Made by a program: the position numbers and the translations under genes. A stretch of 64,000 bases of DNA from Patescibacteria group bacterium (GTDB taxonomy: Bacteria > Patescibacteriota > Patescibacteriia > UBA2591 > JAQUPP01), in NCBI GenBank assembly GCA_041649955.1, contig JBAZMD010000003.1, positions 877 through 64,876 of the forward strand, given 5' to 3'. This document shows positions 30,265-37,441 of this stretch, one piece after another. The notes under the pieces were generated by a model that searched no databases, was not told the DNA's origin, and saw only the letters and a list, made by a program, of their open reading frames with translations. Position 1 is the stretch's first letter, and each line of letters starts with the position of its first letter.

Positions 30265-30770
30265 ATATTTTTTTTAACAACTAAGGCGCTAATTCTGCCG
30301 CCCTGTCTTTTAAGCGGTTGTTCTATTATAATATTTTCTCCTAAAAGTTCAATAAATTGTTTGATTAATTTTTCGGCCAAATCAGCGTGTAATTTTTCTC
30401 GGCCGCGCAGAAATAATTCCACTTGAACCTTATGGCCTTCGGCTATGAATTCTTTGGCTTTTTCCACTTTAAGCTCCAAATCATGCTGGCCGATGCGAGA
30501 ACTTAATCTGATGCCTTTAACGCCGCCTGATTTTTGCAGTTTTCTTTCTTTCTTTTGTTTTTTAAGCAAATTGTATTTAAACTGGCTGAAATCTACAATC
30601 TTGGCAATCGGAGGATCGGCAGTTGGATCAAGTTCCATTAAATCCAACCCTTTTTCACGGGCTGATTCAAGGGCTTTTGAAGTTTCTAAAGTGCCGACAT
30701 TTACGCCGTTCTCATCAATTAGGCGAACTTTGAGGGCAGTTATTTGTTTGTTTGTACGATAAAATTTCAC
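30261..30770 (-). CDS. infC: Translation initiation factor IF-3 (GTG start)
   Basis: 'ITALKVRLIDENGVNVGTLETSKALESAREKGLDLMELDPTADPPIAKIVDFSQFKY' canonical IF-3; first codon GTG at 30768-30770. Confidence 0.9.
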   Translation of the reverse strand: MKFYRTNKQITALKVRLIDENGVNVGTLETSKALESAREKGLDLMELDPTADPPIAKIVDFSQFKYNLLKKQKKERKLQKSGGVKGIRLSSRIGQHDLELKVEKAKEFIAEGHKVQVELFLRGREKLHADLAEKLIKQFIELLGENIIIEQPLKRQGGRISALVVKKNI

Positions 30771-30784
30771 GATTTAAAAATTAT

Positions 30785-30915
30785 TTATTTAATGGTGTCC
30801 CAGTACCAAAATCCGAACAAAAGTTGTGATAAGATAGAATTGGAAACACGGTGCTCGCCTGCGGCTAATTTCATCTTATCATATAGTTTGCCGAGAGATT
30901 TGCTACGGGACACTC
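30785..30915 (-). promoter_or_regulatory. Structured leader upstream of infC (candidate L20-binding autoregulatory leader)
   Basis: Long nested helix: GGTGTCCCAGTAC...(GATAAGAT...ATCTTATC)...GCTACGGGACAC, lies between tmRNA 3' end and infC start. Confidence 0.4.
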
Positions 30916-30948
30916 AATTTTCTAGTCCCGCTTTAGCGGGAAGAAAAT

Positions 30949-31326
30949 TGGTGGAGATGGCGGGTACTTCCCCCGCGTCCGGGAAAATTATAGATAAAAA
31001 CGTTTACCTTCATTTTTCAGTTATTTTCTTGATTAAAAAGTGATAACTGAACAAAACCTTTTTAATCAGAGCTTGATTTTGGTTTTCGGAAAATCCAGAC
31101 AAGCAACTGGATTAACTTATCCGATAATATAATACGTCATGATTCGAGCATCGGCACTGTAAATCCTAACGGCTACAGCGTTAAGCTATAGCAAAGTTTA
31201 AATTTGTGTTGGCATTTATATCTGCCGTAGAAAATTAACGTATTTCTGATTTATTTCCTATTAAAAAATAGGAATGTACGGAAGGTAATTTTTATCCAAA
31301 TCAACCGTCAATTTTTGAGCATCCCC
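30949..31326 (-). ncRNA. ssrA: tmRNA (SsrA), one-piece, ~378 nt, tag peptide ANTNLNFAIA
   Basis: Minus-strand 5' GGGGAUG pairs with 3' CAUCUCC (G3:U wobble) + ACCA; 3' end 'ggacgcgggggaagtacccgccatctccacca' aligns with E. coli 'GGACGCGGGUUCAACUCCCGCCAGCUCCACCA'; internal ORF gcc aac aca aat tta aac ttt gct ata gct TAA; upstream consensus TTGACA-16-TATAAT promoter (31373-31400, minus). Confidence 0.85.
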
Positions 31327-31391
31327 ATAAAATTATTTGCAATGGAGATCTTTTTAAAGATCAATATTAGATATTATATACCTTTTAAATT

Positions 31392-31548
31392 AAATGTCAA
31401 CCCCGTAGAACAACTTTGACCTCTCTTTTAATTGCGGGTAATAAATAGGCAAAATATAATAAAGTAATCTACTTTTAACTTAAAGATTAGTAAATTTAAC
31501 CGAGAGTAAGCAATTGTCAAAGTTAATCTACGGGGTCAAGGTCTTTTT
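31392..31548. repeat. Inverted-repeat element (termini GTCAACCCCGTAGAACAACTTTGAC / GTCAAAGTTAATCTACGGGGTCAAGG)
   Basis: ~26-bp terminal inverted repeats; left end overlaps tmRNA -35, right end overlaps smpB stop region. Confidence 0.5.
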
Positions 31549-31975
31549 GTTCTCGTCTTTTATAATCCCGTTCTTTAATGGCTTCGCGCTTGTCCCATTG
31601 TTTTTTTCCTCGCGCCAAGCCGCATTCTATTTTTACGAGGCCGCCTTTGGTATAAACTTTAAGGGGAATAAGCGTCACTCCTTTCACTTTCATTTTTCCG
31701 ATTAAAGTTCTGATTTCCTTTTTTTTGATCAATAATTTTCTAGTATGAGTCGGATTATAATTTTGCTGGACATTAAAAGCGGGAGGGTAAGGCGAGATAT
31801 GGACATTGATTAATTCTAATGCTCCTTGATTATTAATTGAAACATATCCGCCGGTTAAATTTATTTTTCCGTATTTTGCGGATTTAACTTCCGGCCCAGT
31901 CAAAATAATTCCGGCTTCAAAGGTCTCCAGAATTTCATAATTGAAATAGGCTTTTTTATTGGTGGCGATGATCAT
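31523..31975 (-). CDS. smpB: SsrA-binding protein
   Basis: 'KKAYFNYEILETFEAGIILTGPEVKS' canonical SmpB N-terminus. Confidence 0.9.
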   Translation of the reverse strand: MIIATNKKAYFNYEILETFEAGIILTGPEVKSAKYGKINLTGGYVSINNQGALELINVHISPYPPAFNVQQNYNPTHTRKLLIKKKEIRTLIGKMKVKGVTLIPLKVYTKGGLVKIECGLARGKKQWDKREAIKERDYKRREQKDLDPVD

Positions 31976-32077
31976 AAGAGTATTGTAGCATATTGAGTTT
32001 AATATGAGAATATGCTATATTAAATTTAAGTGATTGTGTTATAATATTATTATATTATATTTTTATGCGCATTGGTA

Positions 32078-32127
32078 TTGATTGCCGTCCCAGTACTAGA
32101 TTCGCCGGTAGGCAAATCAGTACGGGA
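32078..32127. promoter_or_regulatory. Palindromic hairpin/operator-like element GTCCCAGTAC-N22-GTACGGGAC in smpB/glycosyltransferase divergent promoter region
   Basis: Shares both 9-10-nt arms with the infC leader helix (30795/30902). Confidence 0.4.
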
Positions 32128-32191
32128 CATCGCTTTGTTGAAAGATAAGAGAAAGTAAATTTAGATTAATGAGATTTAACCGAAAAAATTT

Positions 32192-33349
32192 ATGAGAATA
32201 GGCATAGACGCTCGAACAATTTTAAACCCGGAAAAAAATATTGGAGGCGGAGTTGGCCATTATATTTATCAATTGGTCAAGCATTTGCTTAAAATAGACA
32301 AAAAAAATACTTATGTTCTGTTTTTTGACCGCTCGGTTCAAAAACGCCGCTTAGCCAAATTTAAACAGAGTAATGTTTTAATCAGATTTTTTCCGTTTGT
32401 TCAATACACCAGATTAATGCCCAAATCATACACTAATTTTTTGATCAGCGCTTATTTAAACAAAGAAGAGCTTGATGTTTTCCATTCTCCGACTTTGGCT
32501 TTGCCATTTTCTTATAAAAAACCATGCGTAGTAACAGCTCATGATTTGGCGATTTATAAATTCCCGGAACTTTATTCCGATAAACACAATGTTTTATCAA
32601 AAACCGAGATTCCAACCGCCATTAAAGAAGCTAAAAAAATTATTACCGCCAGCCATTCTACGGCTAAAGATATTCACGAAATTTTCGGGACTTCTATTGA
32701 TAAAATTAAAGTGGTTCTTCATGGTTTGGATGAAAGATTTTTTGAAAAACAATCCGAAGAGAGCATTAAAAAAATTAAATCCAAATACGGCATTAAAAAA
32801 GATTATTTGCTTTTCCTAGGGACTCTTGATTTGAGGAAGAATATTATTCGTATTATTTCGGCCTATGAAAGATTGAGAGAAAAAATGAAATCCAATTCTT
32901 TGCCTGATATTCAATTGGTTTTGGCCGGCGCCAAAGGATTTAAATTCCATGATATTGAAAAGAAAATTTCAGCTTCAAAATATAAAAAAGACATTATTTT
33001 GCCCGGATATATTGCCGCTGATGATCTTAATCCGCTTTTCGGAGGAGCTGAAGTTTTTGTTTTTCCTTCATTTTATGAAGGGTTCGGTTTGCCGATTCTT
33101 GAAGCAATGGCCAATGGCGTCCCGGTTGTCGCTTCCAATATCTCTGCTATGCCAGAAACAGCCGGCGGTCATGCAATTTTGGTTGATTCATACGATGTTT
33201 CTCAAATCAGCGACGCCGTTTATCGCTTATTGACTAATAAAGAATTAAGAGATAAACTAAGTGAAGAAGGCAGACAATACGCTCAAAAATTCAATTGGGA
33301 TAAAACGGCTGAGGAGACATTAAAAATTTATTATCAAGCGAGTGAGTGA
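32192..33349 (+). CDS. Glycosyltransferase family 4
   Basis: 'FVFPSFYEGFGLPILEAMANGVPVVASN'. Confidence 0.85.
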   Translation: MRIGIDARTILNPEKNIGGGVGHYIYQLVKHLLKIDKKNTYVLFFDRSVQKRRLAKFKQSNVLIRFFPFVQYTRLMPKSYTNFLISAYLNKEELDVFHSPTLALPFSYKKPCVVTAHDLAIYKFPELYSDKHNVLSKTEIPTAIKEAKKIITASHSTAKDIHEIFGTSIDKIKVVLHGLDERFFEKQSEESIKKIKSKYGIKKDYLLFLGTLDLRKNIIRIISAYERLREKMKSNSLPDIQLVLAGAKGFKFHDIEKKISASKYKKDIILPGYIAADDLNPLFGGAEVFVFPSFYEGFGLPILEAMANGVPVVASNISAMPETAGGHAILVDSYDVSQISDAVYRLLTNKELRDKLSEEGRQYAQKFNWDKTAEETLKIYYQASE

Positions 33350-33453
33350 AATGAAAATTTATTTTCATTTCCGAGCGAGAGCAGATAACACAGGGTTCAA
33401 TACCCTTTATAAAGAGGTCAGTATTTTATAAAATAAAAATTAATTTAAAATTT

Positions 33454-33900
33454 ATGGCAGAATTCACACAAGAAACATTAGGCTCTGAATTTTCGGGCAA
33501 TAAAAAATCACCCAGCAGGCGAATGGGGATTATTTTATTAATTGCCGGAATTATTATTTTAGTCGGAATCGTAGTTATGCTGTTGCTGATGGTTATTCCA
33601 GTTAAACAAACTTCTTGGCAAGCGGTGAATGTCGACAATAATCAGATATACTTTGGTCATATTGTTAAAGATAATGGCAAAGTGTTGATTTTGAAAGACG
33701 TCCATTATTTACAGATGCAGCAAATAGCGGCAACTAAAGAAGGAGAACAGCCAAGCCAACAATTAACAGTTGTTAAAGCAGGCAGCGAAGTTTACGGACC
33801 GACCGGCGAGATGATAATTAATTGGGATCATATTGTTTTCACTCAAAAACTTAGAACAGATTCACAAGTTATTGCAGCTATCAATAACTTGGGTAAATAA
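33454..33900 (+). CDS. Hypothetical single-pass membrane protein
   Basis: ORF; TM 'GIILLIAGIIILVGIVVMLLLMVIPV'. Confidence 0.4.
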   Translation: MAEFTQETLGSEFSGNKKSPSRRMGIILLIAGIIILVGIVVMLLLMVIPVKQTSWQAVNVDNNQIYFGHIVKDNGKVLILKDVHYLQMQQIAATKEGEQPSQQLTVVKAGSEVYGPTGEMIINWDHIVFTQKLRTDSQVIAAINNLGK

Positions 33901-33923
33901 GAATTATCGCCTTAATTTTTATT

Positions 33924-35822
33924 ATGGCTAAAAGATATTTATCAGGCCTAGAGCAATTTAGGCCTGAAAATTCTTCTTTTAAAACAAAGAAGTTAGATCG
34001 GTCAAAATCAAAAAAGCCGAATACCTTTGGCTTCTTTTTTATTTTATTGATTTTGGTTTTAGCGGCCAGTGTCGGCGCTTTTTTTTATTTTAATTCGCAC
34101 AAAACGCAAAATGACAACGAAGAGGTAAAATTTTGGCTGGATTACAGTCATGAGCAAATAATCGGCCAAGAAAACACTTTCTCTGTTTTTGTCAAAAATG
34201 AAGAAAAAAATGATTTGGAAAACGTGGAAGTTGTTTTGAATTTTCCCGAAAAATTTATTTTTACTTCCAGCGCGCCGGAATGCAATCAAACCTTGGTTCA
34301 CGGCTGCGTTTGGCTTTTTCCTAAAATCAGCCAAGACGAGCTTAAAAGAATTGATTTAAAAGGCAAATTACTCGGTTTGGCCGATGAAGAAGGCATATTT
34401 GAAGGCAAGCTTAATTTTCGCCTTTCCGGGTTTTCCGCTGATTTTCAAAAAAAATTTTCTGACAGCGTTATTTTAAAACCGGTTATCAGTATCCAATGGG
34501 AAACACCCGAAACTTATAATTTTAGCGAAACCCTAACTTCTTCATTACTGGTTGAAAATACCAGTAATGAGAATATTCCTTCTCTTCAGGTAAATATTGA
34601 CACCGGCCCCGATTTTATTATTAATGTTTCCCGTCCCGAAGCTCAAAAAGAAGAAAATGAAATTAAGTGGACAATTGATAATCTCGGTCCAAATGAAACA
34701 AAATTATTGGAAATTGACGGTTATACCAAAAATTCTCTTTTAGAAGAATTGAATTTTAAGATGGAGGCCGGAATTTTGAATAATAATCAATTCTCCCCTC
34801 AATTTTCCGAAGAAAAAAGAATAAGTATTCAAAAATTTGATTTAAGCGTTACTTTGGAAGCGGCCTCAAAAAGAGATACAGAGCAGAGCATCAGTTGGGG
34901 AGGCATGCTGCCGATTAATTTGATTTATCAAAACAACAGTTTTAAAACCATTAAAGATTTAGTTCTTCAATTAAAATTAACCAATGCTTCATATATTGAT
35001 TTTATAGGACTTAAGAAATCTTTTTGGCAGTATTTCAGCGAGGATAATATTTCGCCGCTTATTCAGTCAAAAATTTGGTCTTCCAATATCAGCTCAAATT
35101 CTTTGGATGAATATATTATTTCTTGGGATAAAAAAATAAATCCTGATTTTGCGGAAATTGTTCCCGGTGCGAGCGGAAAAATAAGTTTTAATTTGCCGAT
35201 TAAGCAGCTTAACGCGATTGTTAATGCCGGTTCTCAATCTAAAATTGAAATTCAAGCTTTGGCAAATGGACAATTAGCCGATGCTTCAAGATTATTTGAA
35301 ATAGAGGGACCTAAAATAAATGTTAAAATAAATACGAACATTAATTTAAACGCCGAGGCTCGTTATTACGATGATGAGAATGCGGTTATCGGCCAAGGAT
35401 CCTTACCTCCTCAGGTCGGTCAAGAAACCCGTTATTGGATTTTTTGGCAATTAAAAAATACCACCAATCCGGCGGAAAATATTTCAGTTAAAACTAAATT
35501 GCCGGCCGGTGTTTCTTGGCTTGGGCAAACAAAAGCCAGTCATGGTGTAATTTCTTACAATGAATTTACTCGTGAAATAAATTGGCAAATTTCGCAATTA
35601 GACGCTTATCAAGGAGGATCTTACTCCTTTGTAGAATCGTCTTTTGAGGTCAGCATTACGCCTGATTCTTCATCTTTAGGCCAAGTATTATTTTTAACCG
35701 ATCCAACAACCATGGAAGCAAAAGATCAGTTTACCGGCAATATAATTCAAGATCAAAAACCTTCGCTTGATACCAATTTGCAAGGCGATCCAATAGGTGA
35801 AGGAAAGGGTAAGGTGATTTGA
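33924..35822 (+). CDS. Hypothetical large membrane-anchored extracellular protein
   Basis: N-terminal TM 'FFFILLILVLAASVGAFFYF' then 570-aa hydrophilic beta-rich region; no recognised domain. Confidence 0.45.
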   Translation: MAKRYLSGLEQFRPENSSFKTKKLDRSKSKKPNTFGFFFILLILVLAASVGAFFYFNSHKTQNDNEEVKFWLDYSHEQIIGQENTFSVFVKNEEKNDLENVEVVLNFPEKFIFTSSAPECNQTLVHGCVWLFPKISQDELKRIDLKGKLLGLADEEGIFEGKLNFRLSGFSADFQKKFSDSVILKPVISIQWETPETYNFSETLTSSLLVENTSNENIPSLQVNIDTGPDFIINVSRPEAQKEENEIKWTIDNLGPNETKLLEIDGYTKNSLLEELNFKMEAGILNNNQFSPQFSEEKRISIQKFDLSVTLEAASKRDTEQSISWGGMLPINLIYQNNSFKTIKDLVLQLKLTNASYIDFIGLKKSFWQYFSEDNISPLIQSKIWSSNISSNSLDEYIISWDKKINPDFAEIVPGASGKISFNLPIKQLNAIVNAGSQSKIEIQALANGQLADASRLFEIEGPKINVKINTNINLNAEARYYDDENAVIGQGSLPPQVGQETRYWIFWQLKNTTNPAENISVKTKLPAGVSWLGQTKASHGVISYNEFTREINWQISQLDAYQGGSYSFVESSFEVSITPDSSSLGQVLFLTDPTTMEAKDQFTGNIIQDQKPSLDTNLQGDPIGEGKGKVI

Positions 35823-35894
35823 TCCCTTGCATAAAAAATATTAATATAAATTAAAATGACCCCCGTATTATGGAGGGTCATTTTTATAATTCAT

Positions 35895-36383
35895 TTACTT
35901 ATTCTTGCCGATATTGTTATACCACAAGTTTATCTCGAGGCCCATAAAAAAAAGAGCAAAACACGCTACAAAGATAAGAATTGAATATATAATACTTATT
36001 CCTCCTTTGTCTTTGCAGAAGGTTATCAATAGGAATTTACCATCTTTCGCAGCCATGGTGTCTATTTCTTTTATTTTTTGAGTCTGTCCCATATTTGAGA
36101 GATTTTGTTCATATTGAAAACATCCATTCTGATTAAAGCCCTGGTAAATAATTGATTCAACGCCATGACCTATTAGGACAGAATCAAATCCAACCTTAAA
36201 AAATTTGTATTTGGAATCGACTTGAAAATCTGGTTGTAAAGTTAAATTTGGTTTTACAATAAAATAATTGGAGCGAATCTCATTGAGATTAATAGTTCTA
36301 CTTCCTCCATCATTTGAAGTCCAAATTACGATGTTCCAAGCAATCCCCGCTATTATTAAAATAGCAAGCAAAATTTTCTTCAT
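35895..36383 (-). CDS. Hypothetical membrane protein (N- and C-terminal TM helices), last gene of ACP-like operon
   Basis: ORF; start overlaps upstream ACP stop (ATGA). Confidence 0.4.
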   Translation of the reverse strand: MKKILLAILIIAGIAWNIVIWTSNDGGSRTINLNEIRSNYFIVKPNLTLQPDFQVDSKYKFFKVGFDSVLIGHGVESIIYQGFNQNGCFQYEQNLSNMGQTQKIKEIDTMAAKDGKFLLITFCKDKGGISIIYSILIFVACFALFFMGLEINLWYNNIGKNK

Positions 36384-36616
36384 TTTATCCCCCTTTCTTC
36401 AAAATACCTAATCACGCTGCCTACTGTTGTAAGTTTGCCTTCTTCTTCATCTGGAATTTTTATATTGAACTTTCTTTCAAAAGCCAAGAATAATTCCAGA
36501 ATATTCAGAGAATCAGCCCCAAGGTCATCTATAAAACGAGCCGAATCCACAACTTGTTCCTTGTTGACCCTAAGTGTCTTCACAATAATTTTTATTACTT
36601 CTTTTCTTATATCCAT
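36380..36616 (-). CDS. Acyl carrier protein (canonical DSL Ser present)
   Basis: 'DDLGADSLNILEL' phosphopantetheine attachment motif; 78 aa acidic. Confidence 0.75.
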   Translation of the reverse strand: MDIRKEVIKIIVKTLRVNKEQVVDSARFIDDLGADSLNILELFLAFERKFNIKIPDEEEGKLTTVGSVIRYFEERGIK

Positions 36617-36633
36617 TATTCCTCCTATTTTTT

Positions 36634-36903
36634 TTAACTATGATATGCCTCTACTTCTTCTACGACATGTTCAGCTAAACTTTCTATAGTATAACTATCA
36701 CGTTTATCCACTTCCATTGTGAGATCCATCCCAATATCATATTTTTCTTCAAGATAACAAAATATAAAAACGCAATCTACATCATTTAATCCTAAGTCAT
36801 CTACCAGTCGTGGATTATTCAGTATTTTTTCTTTCGGAATCGGGAAATTATTGGAAATGAATTTTTTAATTTCTTCTTTGATTTCTTCTATACTTATTTC
36901 CAT
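36634..36903 (-). CDS. ACP-like protein with Ser->Asn at attachment site
   Basis: 'VDDLGLNDVDCVFI' in place of DSL; ACP-sized, acidic. Confidence 0.55.
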   Translation of the reverse strand: MEISIEEIKEEIKKFISNNFPIPKEKILNNPRLVDDLGLNDVDCVFIFCYLEEKYDIGMDLTMEVDKRDSYTIESLAEHVVEEVEAYHS

Positions 36904-37184
36904 TTTATCCCCCTTTTTTCAAGATATTTGATTACACTGCCCACTGTGGTTAGTTTCTCAGCTTCTTCTTCTGTAATTTCTATGTTGAATTTTGTTTCTA
37001 AATCAAAAATAAAATCAATCATATCCATATCATTTCCGCCAAGATCATCAATAAAACGGGATGAATCTGTAATCTCTGTTTCTTCCACTCCAAATTTATC
37101 CATAGTTAACTTTATTACTTCTTCTCTTATATTCATTATTCCTCTCCTTTTTAAGGTACTGCGTTTCGCCAAATCTATATCCAC
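36894..37184 (-). CDS. ACP-like protein paralog of 36380-36616 with Ser->Asn (true start likely internal Met 'MNIREEV' ~37135)
   Basis: 'SSRFIDDLGGNDMDMIDFIFDLETKFNIEITEEEAEKLTTVGSVIKYLEKRGIK' vs 'SARFIDDLGADSLNILELFLAFERKFNIKIPDEEEGKLTTVGSVIRYFEERGIK'. Confidence 0.55.
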   Translation of the reverse strand: MDIDLAKRSTLKRRGIMNIREEVIKLTMDKFGVEETEITDSSRFIDDLGGNDMDMIDFIFDLETKFNIEITEEEAEKLTTVGSVIKYLEKRGIKWK

Positions 37185-37220
37185 ATTTGGTTATTGTTAT
37201 TTAAGCAGATTTTTGGGTTT

Positions 37221-37387
37221 TCGTCAACCCCCACACCAAACGGCGATTTGTATTTTTTTAAATACGAAATTATTTAATTCTGTATTTAAGATTACTTATT
37301 TATTTGTCTAAAATTTATCTTATTTCGAAAATCCAAAAAATACAAAAATTGAGCATTTATCGCCATTCTGGTGTGGGGGTCAAGCCC
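37221..37387. repeat. MITE-like element family A (termini CGTCAACCCCCACACCAAACGGCGAT / ATCGCCATTCTGGTGTGGGGGTCAAGCCC)
   Basis: Near-perfect 26-bp TIRs, AT-rich ~110-bp core, between ACP-like operon and ileS. Confidence 0.6.
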
Positions 37388-37441
37388 TTGCTTTTTTATT
37401 TTTTTCTGTTAAAATTAAGTTATTAAAACTTTTTATCCAAT

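Noticed and set aside
30780-31520. Two-piece/permuted tmRNA suggested by hairpins on both sides of smpB
   Set aside because: A standard one-piece tmRNA with 5' GGGGAUG and 3' ...CAUCUCCACCA on the minus strand explains the region; the flanking hairpins are separate elements.
35895-37184. ACP-like trio as part of a fatty-acid/D-alanylation (Dlt) cluster
   Set aside because: No DltA/DltB/DltD, Fab, or AcpS homologs are adjacent; only a small unknown membrane protein.
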